Program-made: the position numbers and the translations under genes
NCBI GenBank assembly: GCA_013239625.1
Contig: MU054400.1
Location: 2,826,282 to 2,890,281, forward strand
From: Lama guanicoe
Lineage: Eukaryota
Length of the DNA: 64,000 bases
Direction of reading: 5' to 3'
Notes under the pieces: model-generated
Told to the model about the DNA's origin: nothing
Seen by the model: only the letters and a program-made list of their open reading frames with translations
The model's database searches: none
In this document: positions 11,301 through 24,940 of the stretch, piece by piece
Numbering within the stretch: position 1 is the stretch's first letter
Layout: the number at the start of each line of letters is the position of its first letter

Positions 11301-14300
11301 TTAGAGACATGTGAGCATCTTACCTCTTCTGCTGGATGGAGCAAGTATGATGTTCTCTTGGTATGTTATGAAGAAGGCTTTGATGATTACACAAACCCAA
11401 CATCAAAATGGCAACTGAGAGAGGAGAGGGGGCCTGTTCTATGACCTCCATCCTTCCAGAAGATGTGTTCCCTTTGGTCACCTCATTATTTGAGGACTCT
11501 GATCAGAATATCTGGATGAACACTTCGAGTTAACTGTCTTTGCCCTAATATTTACTTATATTTGCTTATGTCTCCATCAGCCAAGAAAGGACAAACAAAT
11601 AAGAGCCAGCTACCTGACCCATTCTCTCTGCAACATTCCAAAACAACCGTTGGTTCCATGCAGACTCAAAGGTGGACAGAACCAACAGTGATAACAGTTA
11701 TTTTTAAAATTTTTTCTCCAGAGAGTTTTCCTCACTGTGGTCACCTAAGCAAGGCGTAGACACCCCAAAAAGTTCCAGAGAACATATGTGGTTTCCAGTC
11801 AAAATCCTATGCAAATATTTTTAAATGTTTTCTTGGCTATGGTATTTCCTCTCTATCCATTACATGAAGAAGGATGTTCTGTTATTTATTTAGGAAAAAA
11901 GTAAATGGAGAAATTCCTTTTTCTGATTGGATTTTACAGTCCTATGAAGCAATACCCTGGAGATTAGAATCTCATATTTTAGAGAGAAAGGTGTTTTAGA
12001 ATTATCTCAGAGTTTGAAAGACATCGTCTAAAAAGCAACTCAAGCTTGAAAAATGTCTAGACTCTTTCAACATATGTAGCCACTGGGAGCATGGTAAAAC
12101 AACTAAAAATGGTTTAGTTTCAGATGGGAAGTTATTTCTTTTCAGCCTGTCCATGAGCAGACAAGCATCTGAGGGAAAGTCTAAGATTCCCCAGTCTGGG
12201 AAGAGAAAGTTATGTTTACTCCCAGTTCCCATCATTGGATGTGAAAGCAAAAATCTGATTGTCCTTTCATCAAACACTGCTGAATTATTCTCCCAGTTTT
12301 AAGTATCAACCATGGCAGCAATTCCACTGTGTAATATTATGAGCAGAGTTAATTATAACTGTTTAATGAGGCAGATCCCAATTTTCAGTAGATCATGACC
12401 CTTCATACATTAAAGAAGAGAGACAGTTCACATTTGTATTCAACTGACATTTGCTTAATATACTTCACACAAGTTTTGGATCCACTGAGCTGATAATGAA
12501 ATAGACTTTGTCCTGTTCATAAAATGCTGTCAGTAAAATAAAAAATACTCATGGTGTCCTTGTCATTTACCAGCTCCCCAATGTCAGTTTCAGGATATTA
12601 AGAAAACTCTCCATAGAAAATATCATTGCATTTCTTCAAAGGTCACGAAGTTAGTAAAAAAAAAAAAAGGCACTGGCCTTTACCATCAGTCAAATTCAGA
12701 TTAAAATCCCTTCTTTGCCACCTACAATCCTAGAACAATAATAACAATACCGTTTGCTGAGCAATTAGGAGTTTGAGCCATATGAAATGATCACTTTCCT
12801 AAGCTAAGATGGCGAGTGGTTAAATAGAGGTCTTTTCTTCTGGTTCTGAGTAATGCGTGTGCTAAGACATCCATCTAGGAGCTTATAGATATGATCTCCT
12901 CTGGTTCTTTCAACACAGTCTTAAGGAAGATGTAATTATCACCATTTACAAATGAGAACCTTGGTCCGTCTTCAGAGAGGTAAACTATTGAGGCTTATAG
13001 TCAGTGGCTTCTGTAACACACTGAAGACTGCTGTGTCTCAGGAGTTTCTCTTGATGACCCACTTCTTTTCTGAATTACTTGAAAAGGCCAGTGTCCTTGG
13101 TCAGAATTTTCTAATGAGAGTGTTTACGGTGTCCTGCTTTTATCTAGAAAAGAAGCAAAAGGGAAATCCGAAAGCAGTACATATAAAACCTGTGCATTGA
13201 CTTGATATTTGCACTGGGTGATTGTTACTTATTTGATTCAGCTATATTTTACATCATGTATACTTATTCTAAAATGATACTTTTGAAACTAGAAGAGGAA
13301 GTCTATAAAGGGAAATTTATTTTTGTGTTCTGAAATTTGAGGGTTTTAAGAACCGACTTTTATGTAAAGAATGCTATTGCTTGTTATAAAGTTGTGGAAA
13401 TTAAAAAAAAAAAGCCTTACCCAAGGTTAAGAAAGTTGCTTGAAGTCACAAATTAGTATGGCGGAGATTTAAACTCTGAGCTATCTTTTGACCTCAGTGT
13501 TTCATAGCCTCCCTGTAAAAAAGGTATTATGTCCCCTGAGCCTTGATTTCCTTTTCTGTAAACAGGAAGAGCAGAGCTGTCATGAGGATTTGAGGGGACA
13601 CATATGAAGTGCTTCCCATGGTGTCCATCATGTAGCTCAGTAAAGTGTAGTTGTCATCACCATCAGCACCACCATCAGGGTCTAACTCTTCACTCGTTGA
13701 AGGGTGTGTACAGACCACACTCACACAATGAGACAAGAAAGGAAGGCACCTCTGTGTGTGTGTATGATTGCTGAGGTCTCCTCTACAGTAACTCCTTGCA
13801 CAAACTGTAGTGGTTTGAGCCCAACATTTGCTCATGCATTTCGCCCACTTTGCTGTTTTCAAAACAAAAGAGAAATTGGGTGAAAATACCCTCTGGAGAA
13901 CAGAGGTGCCTGTGACAAATTGGCTTAATTGAAAACAACTAAAAACAAAACAAAAAAATCTCCTGATTTAAGGCGGGTGGAGTTGGGGGGGGAATCAAAT
14001 TAGCCGTGGAGAATCTAAGTGGAGGGTTTTATTGATTGCTGTAGGCATGACCTAAATTGCCGAGTGTGAGTCATAATGAAAGTACTACTATTTCTGCGCT
14101 ACTAATCCAGAGGCAGCATTTTTCCTGTGGGGAAGTTGGGGGTGGTAAGCACGGCCACCAGGAATCTTCTCCCAGCTGTGACCCACAGACACTGCGCTGC
14201 TGCAGGACCGTGTGCCTGCCCTGAGGGATTTGTCTCCCCAGTCACAAATGCAGGTGATAATTTTATGACATAAGATTTTGAATGTTTTTTTTTCCCCAGA

Positions 14301-14449
14301 AGGCATTTGATGTACAACATATATGTGAGCTGGTATTATACTGTTTGTGATATTTTAATGGGAAAGAATTTCCCTGCTGTTCTAGTTCAGAGGGAGGGAG
14401 GACAGTGAACCCTCCTGCTGTGTGGGTCACAGAAATGACTACAGAACAG

Positions 14450-14655
14450 GAGGCAGCACACCTGTGGGCCAGATCTGTCTTTGTGAATAAAGTTTCCCTG
14501 GAGCACGGCCATGTCTGTTTGTCATTGTCAATGACTGCTTTTGTGCTATGGACAGCAGAAATGTGCAGTGGTTGCCTCAGAGGGAGACCATGTAGACAGT
14601 GGAACTGGGAATCTTTATACCTGGCCCTTTTCAGAAAATCCATGCCAGTCCCAGC
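14450..14655 (+). mobile_element. MER58A-like hAT-Charlie MITE
   Basis: cctgtgggccagatctg...tgtgaataaagtttccctggagcacggccatg...gagaccatgt...tatacctggcccttttcagaaaa...tgccagtccc. Confidence 0.8.
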
Positions 14656-14902
14656 TGCAGAATATGGGGAGCTTTCAGATAACCCAGAGATGCACAGAGG
14701 CAAGTGGGGAGGCTTGGTGGTCTCAGGTGTTGATATGAGCATCTGTTGGGGACTCCATGCAGGAATATTTTAGCGTTCACCTTCAGCATTTGACAGGACG
14801 TATGAACCACATGGAGAGAAAGAGAGAAAGAGAGAGAAAGGAGATTAGGATGAAATTAGCTAGAAATAAGAATGAGGCATCACCTCAAAATGGGAGCTTC
14901 CT

Positions 14903-15510
14903 CACTCCTGGGTATAGATGGAGAAAATTCTAATTTGAAAAGATACATATACTCCAGTGTTCATAGCAGCACTATTTACAATAGCCAAGACATGGAAGCA
15001 ACTTAAATGTCCAGCTATAGATAACTGGATAAAGAAGATGTGGTATATATATGCAATGAAATACTACTCAGCCATGAAAAATGAAATAATGCCATTTGCA
15101 GCAACATGGATGGACCTGCAAATTATCATACTAAGTGAAGTAAGCCAGACAGAGAAAGATAAATATACGATATCACTTACATGTGGAATTTTAATAAATG
15201 AGACAAATGAACTTATTTACAAAATAGAAAGAGACTCACAGATATAGAAAGCAAACTTATGGTTACCAAAGGTGAAGGGGGGTGAATTAGGAATTTGGGA
15301 TTAGTAGATACAAAGTGCTACATATAAAATAGATAAACAACAAGGTCCTAATGTATAGCACAGGGGACTACATACATTAGCTTGTAATAACCTACAATGG
15401 AAAAGAATCTGAAAAAGAATATATTTACATATATATAACTGAATCACTATGCTATATATCAGAAACTAGCACCACATTGTAAATCTACTATCTTTCAATT
15501 AAAAAAAAAA
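14903..15510 (+). mobile_element. L1 3' fragment (ORF2 C-terminal end, 3'UTR, polyA)
   Basis: ORF 14957-15247 [19 protein letters not shown]...PFAATWMDL...ILSEVSQTEKDKY is the ORF2 tail. PolyA at 15501-15510. Candidate TSD gggagcttcct at 14892-14902 and 15543-15553. Confidence 0.93.
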
Positions 15511-17149
15511 TCCTTGATCCTCATCTGAAAAAAGAAAGGTTGGGGAGCTTCCTTGTCCGTTGCCATTGGGACATTTATTTATGGGACAGAACCAAAGCTG
15601 CTGATGGGTCTTTAGTTTCCTCTCTGGGAGAGAGTGTAAACAGGTTAAGAAGGCAATTCAGATGAGCTAACCAAACAGCACAATAAAACTCCAAACAAAC
15701 CGATAATGCAGAACGCTTTGAGGTTGGATAGAGCTGTATTTTATTCTTTGTTGGAAATTGGGCAAGTTATCCTCCCAGTCTTCTCATCTCTGGTATGAGG
15801 ACAAAGCACACTTTAAATGAGTTAATGTGCACGAAGTGCCTCACATAGTCAAGCACATGAGAAAATGATAGTTACTGTCCCCCTTTTCACTGTCTGTCTT
15901 TCACACGTTTGTAATTGTGGTAGAGGTGGGTATTGTCGAAGGAAGGAAGTTCTGGGCTGTAGAGGGACTTGGGAGGTTGGGGTCGAAGGTGGAATCTAAT
16001 GTTAAGTAGGTTGGATTCCTTTTCCCCATGTCTTGGTCTGAAACAGTCATCTCACCCTTATTGACGTGTTTCCATCTCGCTGTATTTGGTGAGAAGACAA
16101 AATTTCAGTGAGGGAGCACAGGCAGACAAAACACAATCTAGTGAAATCAGTATTTGGGGAGAATGTGAAATCGCCTCCCTAGTCTAGGATTTGGAAACAG
16201 CTATGGTCTTTATTTTCCTCTTATTGTTGTCATTTTGGGTAAACTCAGCAAGTTCAGGAATCTGCCCTCCCCAACAGGGATCTGAAGGACAGGGTGGGGC
16301 AAACTTCCCTGGAGCTTCTGCCTGGCCTTTGGTCTTTGGTGTTGGCCTCTACCCTGTTGTCCTCTGCTGTCAATCTCAGGCCTGCTGGGGCTGCCAGCAT
16401 CTAGTCCATGCTCGGCACTCTGGGCTCTGGGGAAACTCGGAGTGCCCATGTGAGGCCATCACACACGTGCCATAAGTTGTTTCTGGTGCCATCTTGCAGC
16501 TCTCTCGGGCCCTGAGAAGAGGGGATAGAAGACCTAGAGGTCTTGGTGGGAGCAACTGTAGGCTCCTCAACTCCCACGTCTTCAGACGTCGGGGGGATCT
16601 GTTGGTTCTCCCTAAACGCTAGGACTCAGCCTGAGGGGCTGACTGGTCACAGTGCCTCCTCACTGAGCTATGTACTCACACTGCATCTTTTCTCTGCTCA
16701 GTTCTTCTCTCCTGGACAGCACCCCCCCCCACAGAAGCATCTTTGTCTCCTTAATCATGTAACTGAGCACATTGTTCCTCTCTCAGGGTCACTCTGTGAC
16801 CTTTGCAGAGGCATGGGGGAGGTTTGGCTGCCCCCACCCCCTGGCTCTCTTGGGCTGCAGGGGTGGCTGTCCTTGGGGCATTTCTGTCCTGGCTCCCCAC
16901 CCAACCTGCGTTATTGTAATATGGGTCGTTCCCAAGAATCCTGGGTGCCATGCAGATGCCGCAGCGTCACTTGAGAGATGATTACTTCTCTTTGGTAGTA
17001 GTTAAGGCTGTTTAGCTTATAGTCATCCTTTCCCTTATCCTCTCCCTCTCTCCCACTCCTGAGAATAACAGAAATAAGTCCAAAGTCTTCTTGAATTATA
17101 CCATTTAGAATTGGAAGCACAAACAGGCAGTCCCTGAAATAGAAGTATA

Positions 17150-17570
17150 TTTGTTTCACACAGCTGGAATTCCTGGATACAAAGCTATTATGATGGCTTC
17201 AAGGCACCTTTGGGGACCCTGGCTCTTTCTCCCTTTCCCTTCTGCTGTCCTTAGCAGGTAGCCCTCTTCCTCATGGTCACGACTTTGTGGTCTCAACAAG
17301 ATGGCTGTGTTTCCTCCAGATGTCAAATCTACAATGCAGCTAGAAAGAGGAAAGAAGGCAGTGAGGGCTGGCCTTTTAATTCCAGAACAGAGGAGCCCCC
17401 CAGGCTTCCAGCTGTGTCTCAATGACCAGGATTGCAGCATTTGCCCACCCTTAGCTTCAAGGGAGACTGGGAAATCAAGTATACTGGCTTTTCTTCCTCA
17501 AAGGTAGAGGGAAGCAAGGGAAAAGGGGTTTGAGGATGGATTTTGAACAGCTAACCCATAATGGCTGCCA
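17150..17570. mobile_element. Old MLT1-type LTR remnant
   Basis: caagatggctg...cttagcttcaagggagactgggaaatcaagta motifs typical of MLT1I-K. Confidence 0.5.
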
Positions 17571-18217
17571 AAAGCCAGGTAGAAACCCTTGGAGAAGGAG
17601 CAATAAAGCTGTTTCAAAAGCTGGTATTAGTTTGTGATGCCACAGGATTACAATTTATTTAGCTTTTAGTTTAAAAACTCTTGCTGATTCAGATCATTAA
17701 TTACTGAGGAATTGGTTTGGTGGGGTTTGAGCAGTTTCTATGAAAAAAGAGATTACAATATCAATTAATAGTGTAATAGTAGAAGTAAGATATGGTAGGA
17801 ACCATATTGTGCAGTCTTAGGGAACAAACTTTTTAAGCCCTTTAGAAGAAATCTCATGAAAACAGTTGATGAATTATATAATTTTAAATTCTTCTTTTCT
17901 TTTGGGTAAGGCTGAATTACCCCCTGCTTGCCAAAACATGCTGGAAATGTTTTATTGGCTTAATTTCGTGATTCTTATATGTATATGAAAGTAATAAAAC
18001 TGCATTTCTTTAAACATATTTCGTAATTTAGAGCTTTCATAAATTCATGCTGGCTTTACTTTCCAGTGTGCAAAAAATTAGATTCTACTGCATATTGATC
18101 ATATCGTGGTAAGAATATTGAAACAGTATGAATGTTCATTTAAGGGAAAATCTTAAGGTGGCAGAAGGTAAAGGAAATAAGGAAGGAACAATATCAGGCA
18201 GGTGGTTGCATTAATCA

Positions 18218-18433
18218 AAGATCAGCAAACTACTGTCCATGGACCAAATGCAATCTGATGCTTTTCTAAATTAAGTTGTATTGGAACGCAGCCTACCCAT
18301 ACTGTTACATATTGTATGGGTGCCGTCATGCTAGTGGTAGAGTGACACGCTAGTTGTAACAGAGACCGCGTGTCCCACACAGTTGAAAGTATTGGCTGTT
18401 TGGTTCGTCCAGAAAACATTTGCCAGTCCCTGT
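18218..18433 (+). mobile_element. MER58A-like hAT-Charlie MITE
   Basis: gatcagcaaactactgtccatggaccaaat...aagttgtattggaacgcagcc...tagttgtaacagagaccgcgtg...cagaaaacatttgccagtccctg. Confidence 0.8.
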
Positions 18434-19059
18434 ATGATCATGGGTGATTCTGTGATAGCTCAACACAGTAACTGGGTTCCACTTCCCCTCCATGTCGAAA
18501 TCAATTTAAAGTTTAGGTAAAAATAAAATGAAATAAGTAATTTAACAGAAATGCATCTAGAACTTCCACTGGGATATTTATTTTCAAATAAAAAGCAACG
18601 GGTTCCATTTCTGTCTTTGGCTTCCACCAAAAGAGAGATGCTGTCACCATGTTGGCATATTGTCAACGGCTCTAAGCACAACAGGGGCCCTGAGTTTGCC
18701 CTCTGCTGGCTCTGTGCCCTTGAGCAAGTCCCTCAAGCTCTCAGAAACTTCTCTTCCTCGTTCCTCAGATGAGAAGGGGAGATGGGTTGGGGTGTGTAGG
18801 CTGCAGGGTCTGTGAGCTTCCTTTCTTCACTAAAGTAATCTGACTCCATGACGAATAGATCATTTCTTATCTGAAACATGAGGATTCTTTTTATTCACAT
18901 TATTGGCCCCTGATTGTCTTTTCCATTCAGTTCATGTGTTGACCAGAATGTCCAACAAGTTAGATCTGTATTATTAAACATCTGCAACTCTTTTTGAACA
19001 CAAAACATTAGCTATTTCAAAGGGGCAAAAGCTGAGAGCTAGAGTCTGCAGAAATGGAA

Positions 19060-19260
19060 ACAGCCAATGTTTATTGAACATGTATTATGTGCCAGACCCT
19101 CTTCTAAGCACTGTATGTGTATTAGTTTATTCAATCTGCACAGTAGCCCCAAATTAAATACTATCGTTCGCTCCATTTCACACATGAGGATGCCGAGGCA
19201 GCCTGCCCAAGGCTGCACCGTCGTTGCACATTCTAGCTTCAGACCCCTACTCTCAGCTCC
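19060..19260 (-). mobile_element. MIR SINE
   Basis: atgtttattgaacatgtattatgtgccagaccctcttctaagcactgtatgtgtattagtttattcaatctgcacag...ccatttcacacatgagga. Confidence 0.8.
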
Positions 19261-22200
19261 TCTTCTTCCTGCCTCCCCATGGGTCAGATTTTGCACAGAA
19301 GCTACTCTCCATCCTCACAGCAATTAAAGGAGAAAACAACTATGAGAGATGCAGGTTGCAGTTTTTAGAAATTATGGACACTTTTGAAAATTAGGACAAG
19401 ACTTTTTTTACTTACCCCAAACCTACTCTTTTCTCTCAAGATCATCCGCAAAGCTCCTTTTCTCAGCCTCCTCCTCTCCTAAGTCAGATGGAAAAAATTT
19501 TAGGACAATAAATAGTTCAGGCAATAAGGTTGGAAACTGGGTCATTTTTGTAAAGTCATCCTTCTTTGCCAAAGCCATTTTTGAATTCTTTCTCGGAATT
19601 AAAAAACAAACAAGCAAACAAACCATGTGGAACGACCTGTGGCAGATGGTTATTTCGGCTCTAGGTGAGTTTCTGTCATTATTCTCTGGGACAGAGAACT
19701 ACTGCTTTGGATAATCATCTGTTATTTTAGTGAACTGCCAGCTAGGAACTTTGGAGCTACGATGGTTTAGGATGGGGATTTTTTTTTTTTTTCCTAGAGA
19801 TGAGCACATAGACTCTCTCTCCATTTGAGTCCTGGCAAATTTTAGAAGGCATGCTACTGAGTATAAGCCAAAAATCGAGCAGTTCAGTTAGAGGTGGGAG
19901 ATGTGAGAGGACATTAGTTAAAGCACAAGTTAGCCCTCTTCTCCAGGTTTAACTAACTTCCCCTGGAACATACAGCAATAACCAGCTAAACTCTGGTGTT
20001 CGTAGTGCAAGTCCCTAATTTATTTTATGTTAATTAAGTTTATAATTACATAGTAAAACATTTACTTTCTCCCTCAAGAAATTGACTGAATCTTATGAAG
20101 GGGCTTTGTGACTGTAATTTAGGTGCAATTAGCCAGTTAAATTTAGTTAGGGTTTGGTTCATTTAGCTGCTGCTGGAAGATGTTAGATGGGCGGAACCAG
20201 GCACTATCTCAGAGGCAACTTGGATCTAGAGGATGCATGCCTGGAGGCTCTCCCCTGGCCTCAGGCGGCTGGTTCAGGTGTCTAGGACAGCAGCAGTCTG
20301 CAGGTCTGTCAAGATGTGGGTTCATGTTCGTCATCTCTGTGTGTTCCTCAGTTGTGGGACTGTAGACTTGTAGAACTGTGGATGAAGGCAAAATCCTTTT
20401 GCAAAATTTTTTTGTGGTTCTGAAATTGGAACTGGGGTCATGGAATTGTTCTCAGACCTCTTCCACCATGGATGTGAAATCCCTGAATCCCTGGCACTGG
20501 CCAGCTTCCAGACTCAGTGATATCACCAACCAGTGTCACTATTTTGGCAACAAAAGACATCTTACCTCGTGTGAGTGGTGGGAGAGGGCATGTGGCCAGC
20601 CTGTGGCTCTGACAGCTACGGTTCAGCACGGCTCTCCTCCAGGAACGCCAGGGCTCCTGACTGAGAGGGCCACACTTCTGTAGGAGTGTGAAGATGAAAT
20701 TTTTGTGTGAAGTTCACCTCTGTGAATTTTTACTTGATAACTGATAACAAAGCATTTATTTAGGCCTCTGATTGAAAATGCAGCTGAAAGTCATCATTTG
20801 CAGTGTAATCATTTGCTGAGCTGACTGTGTGTGGGGTTGGCGTTCACTGCTCCCGACTGTGAATGGGACTCTGGAAAGCACTAAGGCACGGTCATTCTGA
20901 TGAGTAGCACAGGAGCGTCCCAGGGATGCCCCAATGGTGGGTGGAGCAAGGGCTCTTCTACTTAAAGTCCCCTTGGTTCTTGACGCATGTATTTCTTGGT
21001 GGAGGACAGAGATCCTTGCTTTGGGAAGAAAGCTGGAGAATTTTTTGTCCTACAGTGTGAGACTGGATTACACAAGGTAATTGTAGAAGACATTTCAGTG
21101 TCCTGTCATCACTATGGAAGGTGGTTTATTACTGTGTGATTAGTGAATAAAGCATATACTTATATCAAACAAAATATGATCACTTAGCTCCCTTCTACCT
21201 TTATATGTTTGTCTGTAAAATGGAAGTACTAACCTTCCTTGTCACTTCACAATAAGCAAGTGATAGCCCCTTCCCTAAAAGAATCCTGTGAATGACTCAT
21301 ATACTTGAAAAGGAGTATGGAAACCAGATTTTTAGAAATTGCCATATTTCTCGTTTACATTATTTAATAATATTTTCAGAAATGGTGTATCTTCATTTTC
21401 TGATTGGCCCTAAACTTTAACGTTCTTTGCCCCCAGTGTCACAGAAGAACAAAACAAAACAACCACAGCAACACGATGGCGGGATAACGTCCAATAAAAT
21501 ACAATTTACATTAAGTTTTTAAAGAGGAAATCGTATCATATTGAAGTCCAGAACATAACTTCTACTTGATAAATAAAAATAATGATGTCAGCATATGCTT
21601 TAGTTCTTCTCAGTCCACAGGAGAAAATGAGAGAAGGTCCCACAGATACAGAGAAAGTGAGGAGATCAGACAGAGATGGGAGAGAGAGTGAGAGATGGAG
21701 GTTATCCCCAGAAAAACCAAACAGGAAGATGGAAAACTGAGAGCTGAAAGAGAAAGTCGTTTGGTTACACAGCCTGGAACAAGGCAAGCATTCGTGAAGA
21801 TATAGCCCAATCTTGAGAGCTTTAAAAATATGGTCATTAATTGGTTCAAAGTCATATTGCCGCCAAGTCCTAAATGGGCTCAGTGAAGATAGGCCAAAAT
21901 CAGGAGAGAGATTATTCCAATTGAATTTTTTTATATCAGTAAGTTACCTTGGAATTTCGAAGGCTGGATCCTTTGTTCAAATATCGTAATTCTAGCAACT
22001 GTCCTGAGCTGAGGAACCTATAAATGGCATGGATGGTATTAGGTACTCATCTGAATTCTAGTCATCATGATATATTAGATTTATTTCATGTCTGTTCTAG
22101 AGGAAGCTCAGAGAGGTCCCCCGACTTGGCCAGGGTCACACAGGCCAGGAGGGACAGGGCAGGATCCAAACTCAGGTCTGCTGGTCTCAGGCTGCTTCTT

Positions 22201-24779
22201 GCTGTCTCAGCAGCCATCCAGCTGGTTTTCTTTCCAGCCTCATGCAGTTACCAAAGAAGATAAACATGTGGGGCAACTGTATTTATTACAATTCTAATTC
22301 TGATGGTAGCTGTAGATAAAGTTCTAGGATCTAGTGTAGTTAAACGATGGGTAGTAGTGGCCATAATTATGAAGAATGAAAGAAAAACTAATGTATAGTC
22401 CAGTCATTCCCACTGTGCCTGTGTAGTCATATTCTGTCCTTTCATCTGTGTAACATTTTAACATTTTTACTGCTTTCACGTAAGGCAGTGCATTTGTCCA
22501 TCACGTCTTCCTTTGAATATCTTTTTTGCTTACGTAGATGGTCATTTCTGTTTTAAACTAAGGATTTGTGTCAAGCTACAAGGTAAATAACCTTTCCCTT
22601 TTAATCACTTTGACTTAGCAAAGAACTTCCCGGAAGGTATGGAAAGCATTCCTTAAAATAACATCAGATGTTTGGATACACTACATTTTCATTAAAAGGA
22701 AAAAAACTAGGATATATTGTTTTCCCAGTGTCTTGGTTCTGGTTGATTCTTGGCGTGGTTGCTGTAATTCTTAACCAAGCTGTTATATTTGGTATGCCGT
22801 ATACGCCTTGCATTCTCTATTTAAAAAGGAAAATAAATCGGGAAATCTGGTGTGTGTAAAAATGCACTCTCTTTAAAATTCAGGGTTTTCTCCATGTATA
22901 AATTGTACCTGAACGAAAGAAATATGAAGGGACTTGCTGTGTTCCAACATCAGAGAGTCAAGGAGTAGAGAGAATCTTCCAGTCTCCCGAAAGGGGTGTT
23001 GCCGCTTAAAACCACTGATGTTGGCGCCAGCCCAGCTGCTCTGAGACGTTGCTGCGGTGTTAGTGAGGGGTGGGCGGTGGGATGACATAGCAGCACGGAC
23101 TTTTTCCAGAATGAGCTCTGAGCAAATAAAAATGTCACAACAGTGGAGACTTTCAGAACTTTGGGTTTAAAGTCAAGTTGGGGGTTCTGCTGGCTGAATG
23201 CATATAAGGCTGTGACTCTGGGATGGACTTTGCACTCTTCACGTTTCCTATTGAGACTAGAGTAGGATCTCCATTTTATGGAAGCTTTTTGAAATGGGTC
23301 ACCTGCTAACCATAAGTGCAGAGGGATTGGCTGTGGCACCAGAATCCTGAGGTTCCACCTGATGGGGAAACCCTTTTGGAGCATTGGTCCTGTTCTTGGT
23401 GGCGTAAATGGGCTGGTGCTCTTTTAGACTGATGCGCAGTTCTGGAATATTACCTTATAAACCTTGCTATGGTAAGAGATGATCACTTGGGTTTGAGTTG
23501 AATTCACTTCTTCAGGGTCCCACCTGGGACTTCACATTTTTCATAAAAGAGAAGTGTCAGGTAATGTCCTAGGGAGGCTCACCAAGGGCGGGATGAACCA
23601 CCTTTCAGATCCAGCATCCTCATCGCGTCTCAGGTGCTCTGGAGGAGAGGAACGTTTTATTTCTTGTCCTATTGAGATAACTTCTGAGATGGTGGAAGTC
23701 CTTCTGCTAATGGTGTCCTGGAGAAAAGTTAGCAGAGAAAAAGGGCATGTTTAGGTGGAGGACCTCCTTCCCACTCCACAATCTTCTGTTTCTGAATTTG
23801 GGCATATCCACTTCCCTGGATAAAATAAGGCCAGAAAAGAATCTTTGAAGCCAGGCAGCTTCCTGTGTGTGCCTGCTGCTGCCGTGAAGGCAGATGTGTG
23901 GTCTGGGAGCAGGACCCTGGGCAGCTGGCAGTGATGTCATTGCTTGTAGAGGCTGGACAATGAGGAGGAGGCTGGACACAAGAGAGGGAACCATCATGGG
24001 GCCAGGGAGTGACTGCACCAACTGGACTCCTTGAAAAACCAGAGTTAAGTCCTCAGAACGTGGTCTTTGGCAGTTTCACCTTGTCTGCACCTGATCATCG
24101 GAGGGCAGCCTACCTTCCAAAATGTCTATTGCCAGACCATACAAAGGCCTTGCTTTGGCTCCTGTTCTCAGGAAGACTTGGATAATTCACATTTATTGCA
24201 GCCAGTTGATGGGGATTATCAGCTCCCCATCTCTTTGTTTTGCAGTCTGGAATGCTTGGTGCTTAGCTGAGATTTCATTATCTTGTGTGCTGTGCTAATC
24301 TGAACAGAGATGAGATTTATAAGGTACTCCTATTCAAGTGAAGGTGATTTGTTTGACCTTCCTCTCTGCTTAACTGGAACCATTAGTGGATCTGATGTCC
24401 CTGCTTTGCAGTAATAGGCAGGGACACTGGGCACTCGAAAGGCCCCCGATTGTTGCTGTCTCAGCAAGCATCCTAAGTATTAATAATCTTCAAACTCAAT
24501 TTCTGAAGCATGGCTTGGGGTGCCTGGTGAAAAAGCGGTGCTCCAGAACAAATTTATTTTCACCTACTCTCTTTTTCCTAGGTTCAGCTTAAACTTGGAT
24601 GTGGATTTGTAGTGCTGCTCTGGGGCCTTATTGTCTCTATTTTCACTCTCCAATAATTGGGGTCACCCTCTTTACATGCTTGATGTCTCCCAAGTGTGTC
24701 AGCAGCAACTATGTTTCCTTTAAGTCCTCCTCCTGCTCTCCCTCCTTCCGTCTCCTGCTTTCATCTTTATTATGTGTGC

Positions 24780-24940
24780 CATCATCGTCATCATCACCAC
24801 CACATCATCACTGTCATCATTGCTGCCGCCACCACTCTCACCACCACCACCTCCATCATCACCACCACCACCATGACCACCGTTATCATCATCATCACCA
24901 CCACCAACCACGAGCACTGCCATCATCATCATCATCATCA
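24780..24940. repeat. Imperfect (CAT)n/(CAC)n trinucleotide repeat
   Basis: catcatcgtcatcatcaccaccacatcatc...caccaccaccacc...catcatcatcatcatcatca. Confidence 0.95.
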
